Under the pieces are notes generated by a model. The model saw only the letters and a program-made list of their open reading frames with translations. It ran no database searches and had not been told where the DNA came from. From NCBI GenBank assembly GCA_037447435.1, contig JBBIGR010000009.1, positions 32,001 to 96,000 of the forward strand: 64,000 nt of DNA, given 5' to 3'. Within the stretch, counting starts at the first letter, position 1, and the number at the start of each line of letters is the position of its first letter. The translations under genes were made by a program, and so were the position numbers. Of the stretch, positions 34,718 through 45,126 are shown piece by piece. The DNA comes from Fibrobacteria bacterium. Its GTDB lineage: Bacteria > Fibrobacterota > Chitinivibrionia > Chitinivibrionales > FEN-1185.

Positions 34718-36049
34718 ATGCATGCGATTCGCAAAAATAGTTTTGTGATTATACTGGCTTTAGGTTATACGTTTTCAAATGCATTCGGTCAATCGGACAG
34801 CGTTTCCAACGCATTGATTTCGAACCGGAGCATTGTTTATGAATCGCTCGGCCGGCTTGTGCGGGAAGCCAAAAACAATCCGCGGCTTAAAGCGGCCGAT
34901 GCAAAAGCCAAAGCGTCATTTGCATTTGAGAAAGCGCAAAAGAGCCTCGATCCGCCGCTTGTCGGAGTGGAATTTTATCAGGCCCCTGTTTCGTCTTTTC
35001 CCAATCCGGTAAACGGGCAGATGGAATACGACTATTCCATTCAGCAGATGTTTCCGTTTCCCGGAAAACTCGGGACCATGGCAAAAACGGAACAAAAGCG
35101 AACCGAAATGCTTCTTTCCGAAAAGCAAACATTGGAACAGGACATCATTCGTACCGTGAAAAACGGTTACTTTGAATTATATCTTTTAGACAGGCGTATC
35201 GAAATCAACCGGGAGACCAAAAATTTATTTCGCAATTTCGTCGGCATTGCAAAAAAGCAATATGAAGTCGGCATCGGAAAACAATCGGATATCCTGCGCG
35301 GCCAAACGGAACTGTCTTCGCTCGATAAAGACAGTATTGTTCTCGTTCAGCAACGCACATCGATGCAGGGAATGCTCAACGCTCTTTGCAACCGGCCTTT
35401 GGCAACGGAAATCGAATTCATACCCGAGATCTATCCGCTTCTGCCGCAGTACGATTTGAATGCATTGCTTGCCCTTGCAATGGAAAACAGACAGGAACTC
35501 AGGTCAATGCAACTGGGCATACAAATGAAGCAGGCGGAACGCGCCGCAGCGGGGAAAGACTATTTGCCCGATTTCATGGTGCGCGGCATGTATAAACAAA
35601 TGACCGAAGGCAACGATTATTGGAGTCTCATGCTCGGTGTGACCGTTCCGGTGGCGCCGTGGTCTTTGAACAAATACTCCTCGGGCGCAAAGCGTTCGGA
35701 CGCCGAGATTCAAATTGCGCAATCGGATTTCGACAATATGAAAAACATGATAGCGCAGGACGTCAATGACGCGCTGTTGAAAATGGAAAGCAGTACGGAA
35801 CGTCTGAAACTTTCCAGGGAAACGGCGGTTCCGCAGGCGCGCCAAAGCCTTGAAAGCGCCATGGCCGCATACGGAACGGGAAAACAGGACTTTCTCATGG
35901 TTATCGACATTCAAAGAATGCTTGTTATGGCCAAGCTCGATTATCATATGGCCGTCATGGGGATTCTCGACAGTCAAAGCCAGCTGGAACGCAGCGTCGG
36001 GCTTAGCTTGAATGAAATTGACAGAAGTATCGAAAGGGGCAAACAGTAA
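34718..36049 (+). CDS. cusC: TolC/CusC-family outer-membrane efflux protein
   Basis: NPRLKA, Q.FPFPGKL, YFELY and Y.PDF motifs; first gene of the RND trio. Confidence 0.85.
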   Translation: MHAIRKNSFVIILALGYTFSNAFGQSDSVSNALISNRSIVYESLGRLVREAKNNPRLKAADAKAKASFAFEKAQKSLDPPLVGVEFYQAPVSSFPNPVNGQMEYDYSIQQMFPFPGKLGTMAKTEQKRTEMLLSEKQTLEQDIIRTVKNGYFELYLLDRRIEINRETKNLFRNFVGIAKKQYEVGIGKQSDILRGQTELSSLDKDSIVLVQQRTSMQGMLNALCNRPLATEIEFIPEIYPLLPQYDLNALLALAMENRQELRSMQLGIQMKQAERAAAGKDYLPDFMVRGMYKQMTEGNDYWSLMLGVTVPVAPWSLNKYSSGAKRSDAEIQIAQSDFDNMKNMIAQDVNDALLKMESSTERLKLSRETAVPQARQSLESAMAAYGTGKQDFLMVIDIQRMLVMAKLDYHMAVMGILDSQSQLERSVGLSLNEIDRSIERGKQ

Positions 36050-37401
36050 TGCGTAAAACGCCAATTGTCAGGATGATGATTATTATAGTGATGCTGGCTT
36101 TATGTGCCGGCGTATCGCTTCCGATTGCCTGCTCAAAAAAGAGCAGCGAAAAGGAGGCGACGGGCAAGGATATCATTTACACCTGTCCCATGCATCCCAA
36201 TTACCTGTCCCATCAACCGGGAAGTTGCCCGATATGCGGCATGACGCTGGTTCCTGCGACAAAGTCAACGCAACCCAAGGACCAGGGCAACGGCAAGGTT
36301 CTTTATTATCGTGACGCCATGAATCCGTCGTTTACATCAAGTAAACCGGGGAAAGCCCCCGACGGCATGGACCTTGTGCCGGTTTACGAAAGCGAAGCAG
36401 CCGGAAACGACATACACATAGCCCCGGCAATGATACAAAGCATCGGCGTGCAAACCGAAAAGGCTGCAATTCGGATGCTTACCAAGGAAATTCGGACCAG
36501 CGCGACGATCATGCCCGACGAGAGGCGCCAGACCGCCGTAACCACGAAAATCATGGGGTATGTGGAAAACCTGTATGTCAATTATACGGGACAGCGAGTG
36601 CAAAAAGGCCGGCCCCTTTACGATTTGTATAGTCCGGACCTCGTAAGCGCACAGGCAGAATATCTTGAAACATATAAAAATTCCCGCACGCAGGATTCGG
36701 GGCTTTTAAATAGCTCACGGTTACGGCTTTTAAACTGGGATGTTTCCGCTTCCCAGATAGCGGAACTGGAAAAACGCGGCGAGCCGCAGAAAACCATTAC
36801 CGTTGTTTCGCCGGCAAATGGAATCGTGACCGAAAAAATGATCGTCAAGGGCCAGAACGTAGAGCCGGGAATGGTGCTTTACAAAATTGTAGACTATTCG
36901 AACGTATGGGTGGAAGGTGCCATATATCAACAAGACGTTCCACTGGTGAATGTCGGTCAGAGCGGCACGGTCGAGCTCGACTATTATCCCGGCGAGCGAT
37001 TTACCGGTAAGGTAACCTATATTGCCCCGGAAATGAACATGGAGTCCAGGACCCTTAAAATCCGGCTCGAATTGGCAAATACGTCGGCCCTTAAAATCAA
37101 ACCGGGTATGAATGCGACCGTCACTATACATTCGATAATGAAAAAAAACAGCGTGACCGTCCCCGATCAGGCGGTAATTCATTCAGGACTTCGAACGCTT
37201 GTGGTCATTGCAAAGGGTGGCGGGTATTTTGAGCCTCGGGAAATAAAAATCGGCCAGAGCGCCGAAGGGTACACGCAAGTAATTGAGGGCGTGAAGGACG
37301 GTGAAGATATCGTCGTGTCATCGCAGTTTCTCATAGACTCGGAAAGCAACTTGAAAGCCGCGGTCATGAAAATGGCTGCAAAGCAAGACAGCACTAAATA
37401 A
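36049..37401 (+). CDS. cusB: CusB-type RND periplasmic adaptor with heavy-metal-binding domains
   Basis: YTCPMHP..PGSCPICGM.L, YYRDAMNP..PGK.PDGMDLVP and QFLIDSES motifs. Confidence 0.9.
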   Translation: MRKTPIVRMMIIIVMLALCAGVSLPIACSKKSSEKEATGKDIIYTCPMHPNYLSHQPGSCPICGMTLVPATKSTQPKDQGNGKVLYYRDAMNPSFTSSKPGKAPDGMDLVPVYESEAAGNDIHIAPAMIQSIGVQTEKAAIRMLTKEIRTSATIMPDERRQTAVTTKIMGYVENLYVNYTGQRVQKGRPLYDLYSPDLVSAQAEYLETYKNSRTQDSGLLNSSRLRLLNWDVSASQIAELEKRGEPQKTITVVSPANGIVTEKMIVKGQNVEPGMVLYKIVDYSNVWVEGAIYQQDVPLVNVGQSGTVELDYYPGERFTGKVTYIAPEMNMESRTLKIRLELANTSALKIKPGMNATVTIHSIMKKNSVTVPDQAVIHSGLRTLVVIAKGGGYFEPREIKIGQSAEGYTQVIEGVKDGEDIVVSSQFLIDSESNLKAAVMKMAAKQDSTK

Positions 37402-37416
37402 TAATCGGAGCTAGTA

Positions 37417-40400
37417 ATGTTACCTAAAATTATCGCCTGGTCGATTAAAAATAAAATCATCGTAATTTTCCTGACCGTGCTTGCAATCGGGCTCGGTGCC
37501 TACTCGCTTATGACAACATCGATCGACGCCATTCCCGACCTTTCCGATGTACAGGTGATTGTGTATACCGAGGCAAAAGGCCAATCGCCCCGAATTGTCG
37601 AAGACCAGATCACCTATCCGCTCACCACATCGCTTGTAGCTGTGCCGGGAGCCAAAGTCGTGCGAGGGTATTCTTTCTTCGGATATTCGCTTGTCTATAT
37701 CATATTCAAAGACGGAACCGACATTTATTGGGCGCGAAGCCGCGTATTGGAATTGCTCAATTACGCGCAAAAGAAATTGCCCCAGGGCATAGTCCCGACC
37801 CTTGGGCCCGACGCCACGGGCGTCGGATGGGTGTACGAATATGCCCTGACTTCAAAGACCCGGTCTTTGGCCGAATTGCGTTCGCTGCAAGACTGGTATC
37901 TCAAATATCAGCTGACCGGCGTAGAAGGCGTCAGCGAAGTCGCAAGCATCGGCGGCTATGTCAAGCAGTACCAGGTCACCGTCGATCCGGTCAAGCTCCA
38001 ATCGTTCGGAATCCCCATTTCCATGGTGGAAATGGCTGTTAAAAACAGCAACAACGATGTCGGCGGGGAAGTCATCGAAATGGCTGAGGCGGAATTCATG
38101 GTCCGCGGTTTGGGTTATATAAAGTCTATTGACGATATTAAAAATATCGCCGTGAAGCCAGGAATGAACAATGCTCCACCCATATTTCTTGGTGATGTCG
38201 CAACGATTGACCTTGGGCCCGAAATGCGGAGAGGTGTTGCCGAACTTGACGGCCAGGGTGAAGTTGCCGGCGGTGTGGTGATCATGCGGTATGGTGAGAA
38301 CGCGCTTTCGGTCATTAAGGCTATCAAAAAGAAACTCGAAATCGCAAAACAGGGATTGCCCCCGGATGTTCAAATTGTTCCGGCATACGACCGGTCGAAC
38401 CTCATTTTGCGCGCCATTGATAATCTTCGCGACAAATTACTTGAAGAAATTCTTATCGTTGCCTTTGTCTGCATACTGTTTCTTTTGCATGCGCGAAGCG
38501 CACTGGTTGCGGTTTTTACGCTTCCAACCGCGATACTCATGGCATTTATTGTAATGAAGTTGCAAGGAATCAATGCAAACATCATGTCGCTTTCCGGGAT
38601 CGCCATCGCCATCGGCGCCATGGTCGATGCTGCCATCATCATGATCGAAAACCTTCACAAGCATCTTGAACATAATAACAATCTCGAATTGTCTCAACGT
38701 AAAACTCATTGGGACGTAGTGACGGACGCGTCGTGCGAGGTGGGGCCGTCGCTTTTTTGGTCTTTACTTGTTATTACCATTTCGTTTGTGCCGGTTTTTA
38801 CACTCGAGGCGCAGGAAGGGCGTCTGTTCAGACCCCTCGCATTTACAAAAACATATTCCATGGCGGCTGCGGCAATACTTGCCATTACCATTGTGCCGAT
38901 TCTCATGGGGTTTTTTATCCGGGGCAAAATTTTGCCCGAAGAGCGCAATCCAATCAACAGATTTCTGATTTCGTTATATCACCCGATAGCGAAATTTGTC
39001 CTACAACGTCCTTTGGTAATATTGATTTTTGTTGTCGGTCTGATCGCCATTACCGTTTTTCCGCTTACACGTCTTGGTTCGGAATTCATGCCGGCGCTTT
39101 GGGAAGGCGATTTGTTGTATATGCCGACGACCTTGCCGGGTGTTTCCATAACAAAGTCTAAGGAAATATTACAGCAAACCGATAAAATAATCAGGACTTT
39201 CCCGGAAGTTAAAAGTGTATTCGGTAAAGCCGGGCGTGCCGAGACAGCCACCGACCCCGCGGGCCTTGATATGCTGGAAACGACGATTCAACTCAAACCG
39301 CAGTCCGAGTGGCGAAAGGGTATGACTTCGCAAAAACTCATAGACGAACTCGACGCGGCAATCAAATTTCCCGGGCTCACCAATGCGTGGACAATGCCTA
39401 TCAAAACCAGGATAGACATGCTTTCGACCGGCATAAAAACCCCTGTCGGCATCAAAATATCTGGCGCAAATCTTGACACTCTGGAACGGATCGGCAAAGA
39501 TATCGAGGAGGTGATCCGCGGCGTCAAGGGCACGACCTCGGCGTTTGCCGAACGCGCGGTCGGCGGGAATTACCTGGACATCGCCATAGATAGGAGGCAA
39601 GCTGCCCGGTTCGGTTTACAGATTAGTGACGTGCAAAATGTAATTGAAACTGCATTGGGCGGCATGAGCGTTTCAACGACCGTCGAAGGGCTCGAACGAT
39701 ATCCGGTCAATGTGCGGTACAGCCGTGACCTGCGCGATGATATCGAGTCGCTTAAACGCGTGCTTGTGGCGTCAAGCGACGGCCGGCAGGTCCCGCTCGG
39801 CCAGGTCGCGACCATAACCCCGACCAAAGGGCCTATGGTTGTGCGAAGCGAAAACACGCGCCCCAATGCCTGGGTGTTTGTCGACATTCGAGGAATAGAC
39901 ATAGGCACCTATATAAAAAGTGCGCAAAAAGCCATAGCGCAGAATATCAAAGTGCCCGTGGGTTACACCGTGATCTGGAGCGGTGAATTCGAATATATGG
40001 AACGGATGCAAAAGCGCATGATGATGGTCATTCCGCTCACGCTTTTCATTATCCTGTTCATCATATTCTTAAACACGCGCTCGTTTGTCAAAACAGCAAT
40101 CGTGTTTTGTGCCGTGCCGTTTTCCCTTATCGGTGCAATATGGTTTATCTACCTCCTTGGTTATAATATGAGTTTGGCCGTTTGGGTGGGTATGATAGCC
40201 TTGGCAGGGTTGGATGCCGAAACCGGCGTGATCATGCTTTTGTACCTCGAGCACGCTTTTGACAAGGCAAAGAAAAACGGGGCATTGAACACGCTTGTTG
40301 ATTTGCGAAAAGCAATCGACCAGGGCGCTGTGCAGCGCGTTCGCCCAAAAATCATGACCGCATCGGTGATTGTTGCAGGCTTGCTGCCGATCATGTGGAG

Positions 40401-40542
40401 TTCGGGGACCGGTTCCGATATTATGAAACGGATTGCCGCGCCAATGGTCGGCGGCGTGGTGACCTCGGTCGTCATGGAGCTTTTGGCATATCCGGCGATT
40501 TATTATTTATGGAAAAAAAGGGGAATAAAAAATGAACGGTAG
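37417..40542 (+). CDS. cusA: CusA/SilA Cu(I)/Ag(I) RND efflux permease
   Basis: DAIPDLSDVQVI, GPDATGVGWVYEY, AMVDA, EFMP.L.EG.LLYMP, WTMPIK.RIDML and RIAAPMVGG motifs. Confidence 0.95.
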   Translation: MLPKIIAWSIKNKIIVIFLTVLAIGLGAYSLMTTSIDAIPDLSDVQVIVYTEAKGQSPRIVEDQITYPLTTSLVAVPGAKVVRGYSFFGYSLVYIIFKDGTDIYWARSRVLELLNYAQKKLPQGIVPTLGPDATGVGWVYEYALTSKTRSLAELRSLQDWYLKYQLTGVEGVSEVASIGGYVKQYQVTVDPVKLQSFGIPISMVEMAVKNSNNDVGGEVIEMAEAEFMVRGLGYIKSIDDIKNIAVKPGMNNAPPIFLGDVATIDLGPEMRRGVAELDGQGEVAGGVVIMRYGENALSVIKAIKKKLEIAKQGLPPDVQIVPAYDRSNLILRAIDNLRDKLLEEILIVAFVCILFLLHARSALVAVFTLPTAILMAFIVMKLQGINANIMSLSGIAIAIGAMVDAAIIMIENLHKHLEHNNNLELSQRKTHWDVVTDASCEVGPSLFWSLLVITISFVPVFTLEAQEGRLFRPLAFTKTYSMAAAAILAITIVPILMGFFIRGKILPEERNPINRFLISLYHPIAKFVLQRPLVILIFVVGLIAITVFPLTRLGSEFMPALWEGDLLYMPTTLPGVSITKSKEILQQTDKIIRTFPEVKSVFGKAGRAETATDPAGLDMLETTIQLKPQSEWRKGMTSQKLIDELDAAIKFPGLTNAWTMPIKTRIDMLSTGIKTPVGIKISGANLDTLERIGKDIEEVIRGVKGTTSAFAERAVGGNYLDIAIDRRQAARFGLQISDVQNVIETALGGMSVSTTVEGLERYPVNVRYSRDLRDDIESLKRVLVASSDGRQVPLGQVATITPTKGPMVVRSENTRPNAWVFVDIRGIDIGTYIKSAQKAIAQNIKVPVGYTVIWSGEFEYMERMQKRMMMVIPLTLFIILFIIFLNTRSFVKTAIVFCAVPFSLIGAIWFIYLLGYNMSLAVWVGMIALAGLDAETGVIMLLYLEHAFDKAKKNGALNTLVDLRKAIDQGAVQRVRPKIMTASVIVAGLLPIMWSSGTGSDIMKRIAAPMVGGVVTSVVMELLAYPAIYYLWKKRGIKNER

Positions 40543-40566
40543 AGACGCTGCTTGGTGCGTCTCTCC
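40539..40566. repeat. GTAG-type REP-like imperfect palindrome
   Basis: GTAGAGACGC-tgcttggt-GCGTCTCTCC overlapping the cusA TAG stop. Confidence 0.6.
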
Positions 40567-40603
40567 ATAATTGATAAAAAACACTATTTTCACAGGAGGC
40601 TGT

Positions 40604-41107
40604 ATGAGTTTTAGGAAACTGTTTGTAAACGTGATTCCGACGACATGCGTCACGGCAATGCTTTTGTCGGCGGTTGCTATGGGTGAAACGGCAAAAAACG
40701 TAAAAACCGATACTGTTAAAAATGCCGCCGGCGCAAAGCAACTAAAACCCCAGACCACGTGCCCGGTGCAGGGTGATCCCATAAACAAAAAATTGTTCGT
40801 CGATTATCAGGGAAAAAGAATTTACGTTTGTTGTGCCGGTTGCCTCGATCAAGTCAAGGCAAATCCGGAAAAGTATATAAAAAAGCTTGAAAGCATGGGG
40901 CAAGGGGTAGAGAGTTTAGCCGCAGTAACGAAAAAAGAAAGCAAGGATACCCAAGTTGCGGGGTATTGGACTTGCCCGATGCACCCCGAAGTCCATCAAT
41001 CCGGCCCCGGAAAATGCCCGATTTGCGGAATGAATCTGGAGTTTAAAAAAAGCTTCAAGGACACGGTTACTGTAAAAGGAACGGATATGAAAGGCATGAA
41101 AATGTAA
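40604..41107 (+). CDS. Periplasmic YHS + heavy-metal-binding domain protein
   Basis: QTTCPV.G..DY.GKRIYVCC.GC; WTCPMHP..PGKCPICGM; Met-rich tail; AGGAGG RBS. Confidence 0.85.
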   Translation: MSFRKLFVNVIPTTCVTAMLLSAVAMGETAKNVKTDTVKNAAGAKQLKPQTTCPVQGDPINKKLFVDYQGKRIYVCCAGCLDQVKANPEKYIKKLESMGQGVESLAAVTKKESKDTQVAGYWTCPMHPEVHQSGPGKCPICGMNLEFKKSFKDTVTVKGTDMKGMKM

Positions 41108-41140
41108 TTTTTTGCAGTTGTTTAATGCCTATGAAACGGC

Positions 41141-41340
41141 ATGCTGCCGTTTCATAGGACTGCCGAATTTGCAGGAACCAGGACCGACGCAAATCTTAAA
41201 AATGCCTGGGGCTTGGGATTCGATAATGCGGGCAACATTTTCGTTTCTTCGAACCATGCAGGAGTAGTGCTCGTTTACGACATCTCCGGAAACCAGGCCA
41301 TGTCTCCTATAACCGTGGCACCGAGGTCATCCTCAGTCTT
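41141..41340 (+). pseudogene. Fragment of a TIGR03118-like beta-propeller gene
   Basis: D.NL.NAWGL.F..G..FVS.N..G...YD.SG, then the sequence turns AT-rich; no signal peptide and no continuation. Confidence 0.5.
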
Positions 41341-41538
41341 TGTATACAGCAATTACATTAATGTTTATACACATTATAATCATTGCTGTGATGGCGAATT
41401 GTTTTCCTTAAATACTTATGATTTGCTATATCTTGTATAAAACCATTCGCAGGAATTATCTTTAAATGATTTTCCGACTTTTAGGTCTGCAACCGTATTG
41501 ATTGCAGAAGAGGTAATTTTTTTCTTTTTTAGAATAAT

Positions 41539-42873
41539 ATGTTTGAAGAATTAACCAATAGATTCGAATCCATTTTCAAGCGTGTCCGCGGTCAAGGAAA
41601 AATGACCGAAGACAATGTCAGTGAGGCGATGCGCGATGTTAAGCGAGCCCTCCTTGAAGCGGATGTCAATTACAAAGTAGTCAAAAAGTTCATAGCGGCG
41701 GTACAAGCCAAGGCCATCGGTTCCGAAATACTCGACAGCATCACGCCCGGTCAACAATTTGTCAAGCTCGTATACGATGAACTTGCCGGCCTCATGGGCG
41801 GCACTGCGAAAAACGTACGCTTTCATACCAATAGGCTCAACATTGTCGTGCTGGCCGGGTTGCAAGGATCGGGAAAAACAACCACCTGTGCGAAATTGGC
41901 GCTGCATTACCGCAAACTCGGGCACAGGCCTTTGCTCATTGCCTGCGATACGCATCGCGCGGCTGCCATAGACCAGCTCGAAACCCTTGGAAAATCGCTT
42001 TCGATACCGGTGCATTCCGACCGGAGCAAAAAAGCCATAGATATATGTAAAGATGGCCTTGAATTTGCAAAACGCGAAGGATTGTCCCTTGTTGTCATCG
42101 ATACTGCCGGTCGTTTGCATATCGACGACGAAATGATGGCCGAACTTCGTGAAATTTGCTCGGCGGCAAAACCCGACGAAATTTACTTTGTAGCAGATGC
42201 GATGACGGGGCAGGATGCGGTCAATGTCGCGGCCGAATTTCATCGTCAAATTACCCTTACCGGTATCGTATTGACGAAAATGGACGGAGATGCACGCGGC
42301 GGAGCAGCGCTTTCGATTCTCGATGTCATCGGCGTTCCTATACAATTTGTCGGTATGGGGGAAAAACCCGACGGCTTTGAGCCGTTTTACCCCGATCGGA
42401 TGGCCTCACGGATTTTGGGCATGGGCGATATCGTCTCTCTTGTCGAAAAAGCCCAGGAAAATTTCGATATTGAAAAAAGCAAAAAGCTGGAAAAGAAAAT
42501 CCGCAAGAGCACATTCTCTCTGCAGGACTTTCTCGATCAGCTTCGGCAAATAAAGAAAATGGGTCCCTTGTCCGAACTGCTTGCCATGATACCCGGCATG
42601 GGTTCGCAAATCAAGGAATCGGACATAGACAACAATGCTCTTGGCAAAATAGAAGCAATGATTTGTTCGATGACGAATGAGGAACGCGAAAAGCCGCATA
42701 TCATAGACGGCAATCGCCGCAGGCGCATCAGTATGGGAAGCGGCACAACGGTGCAGGATTTGAACCGTTTGCTCAAGCAATTCGATTCCATGAAAACCAT
42801 GATGAAACGCATGAATAAAATCAGTTCGAAACGCGGTCAGGCAGCGGCATTAAAGAATATGTTCCCGTTTTGA
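41539..42873 (+). CDS. ffh: Signal recognition particle protein
   Basis: ALLEADV, GLQGSGKTT, DTAGR, TKMDGDARGG, RILGMGD and M domain. Confidence 0.98.
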   Translation: MFEELTNRFESIFKRVRGQGKMTEDNVSEAMRDVKRALLEADVNYKVVKKFIAAVQAKAIGSEILDSITPGQQFVKLVYDELAGLMGGTAKNVRFHTNRLNIVVLAGLQGSGKTTTCAKLALHYRKLGHRPLLIACDTHRAAAIDQLETLGKSLSIPVHSDRSKKAIDICKDGLEFAKREGLSLVVIDTAGRLHIDDEMMAELREICSAAKPDEIYFVADAMTGQDAVNVAAEFHRQITLTGIVLTKMDGDARGGAALSILDVIGVPIQFVGMGEKPDGFEPFYPDRMASRILGMGDIVSLVEKAQENFDIEKSKKLEKKIRKSTFSLQDFLDQLRQIKKMGPLSELLAMIPGMGSQIKESDIDNNALGKIEAMICSMTNEEREKPHIIDGNRRRRISMGSGTTVQDLNRLLKQFDSMKTMMKRMNKISSKRGQAAALKNMFPF

Positions 42874-42947
42874 TCCGATCAAAGGCTTTAAATTACAATG
42901 AAAAAAATTACTGTTTTTAATTATACACCATTATAAAGGAGTGTTTC

Positions 42948-43313
42948 TTGGCAGTTAAAATCCGTTTGGCCAGAACCGGCCGAAAAAATGTCAGCCGTTT
43001 CCGTATCGTTGCTATCGATGGACCCAATCAACGCGACGGAAAGTTTCTTGAAGTTCTCGGGAATTACGACCCGCAGAAGACCCCGAAGCAGTTCACCGTC
43101 AACACAGAACGTGTTGCCTACTGGATCGCTAAAGGCGCTCAGGTTTCCGAGACCATTTACAACCTGCTCAAACAAGACCGGTATTTTGAAAAGCAGGAAG
43201 GCGTGAAAAAAGGACTTAGCCTGGAATCTTTGAATTTGCCTCGTTTACCCGAACGTAAACGTAAGCCCAAAGGCGCTGGCAAGAAAAAAGGCGAAGAGGC
43301 TAAAGCTGCTTAA
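42948..43313 (+). CDS. rpsP: 30S ribosomal protein S16 (TTG start, basic C-terminal extension)
   Basis: AVKIRLAR.G, RDGKFLE.LG.YDP and W..KGAQ motifs; AAGGAG RBS. Confidence 0.97.
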   Translation: MAVKIRLARTGRKNVSRFRIVAIDGPNQRDGKFLEVLGNYDPQKTPKQFTVNTERVAYWIAKGAQVSETIYNLLKQDRYFEKQEGVKKGLSLESLNLPRLPERKRKPKGAGKKKGEEAKAA

Positions 43314-43333
43314 CCGTAAGCGGGCTACATTCG

Positions 43334-43861
43334 ATGAATGAAGCCAAAGACCTTATCGCAATCGGAATAATTCGAAAAGCTCATGGGATCCATGGCTTTT
43401 GCGCCGTCAGCGGATTCGGTGAAACCTTGTTTCACCTTGATGCGCCGGTAACAGTATGGATCGGTAAAGACCCGCAATCGGTGAGGCGCGTCGAAATCAC
43501 GGATCTGCACGACAATCCTAAAGGGTTTTTGTGCAAGATCGAAGGATACGACGACATGAATGCCGCAGAAACGCTTCGGGATTTTTATTTGTTTTGCGAT
43601 ACGGCAATGCTTCCGAAGCTCGGTAAAGGCATGCATTACAGCTTTGAGCTGGAAGGTCTGACCGTGGTGGCACAAGACACCCAAAAGGTGTTCGGCATCG
43701 TGACAAATGTGGAAAATTACCCCACGGTCGATTGTCTGGATGTACGAAAAGAAGACGGCACTGTTTTTTCCGTGGCAATGACGCCGGATGCGATTGTTTC
43801 GATAGATAAAACGGCCGGCACCATTATCGTTGCCCGGTCGGCTTTGGAAATAGAGGAATAG
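43334..43861 (+). CDS. rimM: Ribosome maturation factor RimM
   Basis: IG.I.KAHGI.G motif, PRC-barrel-like C-terminus; position between rpsP and trmD. Confidence 0.92.
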   Translation: MNEAKDLIAIGIIRKAHGIHGFCAVSGFGETLFHLDAPVTVWIGKDPQSVRRVEITDLHDNPKGFLCKIEGYDDMNAAETLRDFYLFCDTAMLPKLGKGMHYSFELEGLTVVAQDTQKVFGIVTNVENYPTVDCLDVRKEDGTVFSVAMTPDAIVSIDKTAGTIIVARSALEIEE

Positions 43862-43876
43862 GCTGTCAGGTGTTGA

Positions 43877-44581
43877 ATGTTCTTTGAGATTATTACGCTG
43901 TTTCCGGCAATGTTCGAAGGCCCGTTTTCCGAGAGTATCATTAAACGGGCGCAGGACAAAGGCATTATCGGAATACGGTTTGTCAATTTTCGCGATTATA
44001 CGGCAAACAAGCATAAAACCGTGGACGATTCGCCTTACGGCGGCGACCCGGGAATGCTTATCAAACCCGAGCCTATTAGCGATGCGATTAAATTCAGTAA
44101 ATCGCGATTGACATCCCAAGGCGTTGAGCCGTATGTCGTTTGCTTGAGTGCTCAGGGATTTCCATTGACCCATCAACGGGTCGAGGATTTAAGCAAAAAG
44201 CAAGGACTCGTGCTCGTATGCGGTCATTATAAAGGCATAGACCAGCGGGTTGTCGATAAATATGTCGACCTGGAACTTTCGGTCGGCGATTATGTCTTAA
44301 GCGGCGGAGAAATACCCGCCATGATTGTCGTTGATGCGGTTACCAGGCTTTTGCCCGGCTCGCTCGGCAATCAAAAAAGCGCATCATGCGATTCTTATTT
44401 TAACGGGCTTTTAGGTTGTCCGAATTACACCAGGCCCGAACAATGGGAAAATATGGATGTTCCGCAAGTACTTTTGTCAGGGCATCACGAAAACATCAGG
44501 CAATGGCAATTGGAAGAGTCGATGCGTCTGACAAAACAGCGGCGACCGGATTTGTGGGAAAAATATAAAGATCGAAAATAA
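43877..44581 (+). CDS. trmD: tRNA (guanine37-N1)-methyltransferase
   Basis: ITLFP, VDD.PYGG, CGHYKGID.R, GDYVLSGGE, YTRP and LLSGHH motifs. Confidence 0.97.
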   Translation: MFFEIITLFPAMFEGPFSESIIKRAQDKGIIGIRFVNFRDYTANKHKTVDDSPYGGDPGMLIKPEPISDAIKFSKSRLTSQGVEPYVVCLSAQGFPLTHQRVEDLSKKQGLVLVCGHYKGIDQRVVDKYVDLELSVGDYVLSGGEIPAMIVVDAVTRLLPGSLGNQKSASCDSYFNGLLGCPNYTRPEQWENMDVPQVLLSGHHENIRQWQLEESMRLTKQRRPDLWEKYKDRK

Positions 44582-44682
44582 GGGAAATTATAATATTCCT
44601 CTGGTTCTTCCTCCGGAAGTCGGCGGGGTGTTAAAATCGGTAACTATTAAAAATATCAATACATTTAAATGAGGAGGTTATT

Positions 44683-45033
44683 GTGGGTTTACAGGAGACT
44701 ATGAAGCAGGTTGAGAAAACCCTGCTGAGCAAAAATACGGGCGAATTCAAGCCGGGCGATACGGTTTCGGTCGCACTTCGCATTTTGGAAGGCGACAAGG
44801 AACGTTTGCAGGCGTTTGCCGGCGTTGTTGTAAAACGCCGCGGCAGCGGCATGGGAAAAACTTTTACGGTTCGTAAAGCTTCGGGAAATGTTTACGTCGA
44901 ACGTACATTCCCGCTTCATTCGCCGCTTATTTCCGAAATCAAAGTGGTGCGCAAAGGAAGCGTCCGTCGCTCCAAGCTTTATTATTTGCGCGATGTCAGC
45001 GGAAAATCAACGCGTATCAAGGAAAAGAAATAA
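44683..45033 (+). CDS. rplS: 50S ribosomal protein L19
   Basis: [30 protein letters not shown] and RRSKLYYLR motifs. Confidence 0.98.
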   Translation: MGLQETMKQVEKTLLSKNTGEFKPGDTVSVALRILEGDKERLQAFAGVVVKRRGSGMGKTFTVRKASGNVYVERTFPLHSPLISEIKVVRKGSVRRSKLYYLRDVSGKSTRIKEKK

Positions 45034-45067
45034 CACTTTTCATAGCGCGTCTACTAATGTATTATTT

Positions 45068-45098
45068 AAGGAGAAGACAATTGCGTCTTCTCCTTTTT
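45068..45098 (+). terminator. Rho-independent terminator after rplS
   Basis: AAGGAGAAGAC-aattgc-GTCTTCTCCTT followed by TTT. Confidence 0.8.
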
Positions 45099-45126
45099 AT
45101 TTCCAAACAATACCCGTTCTGCAGCC

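Noticed and set aside
44585..44680. L19 leader RNA upstream of rplS
   Set aside because: Only a weak TTCC-tcc-GGAA stem; cannot be matched to a known model by eye.
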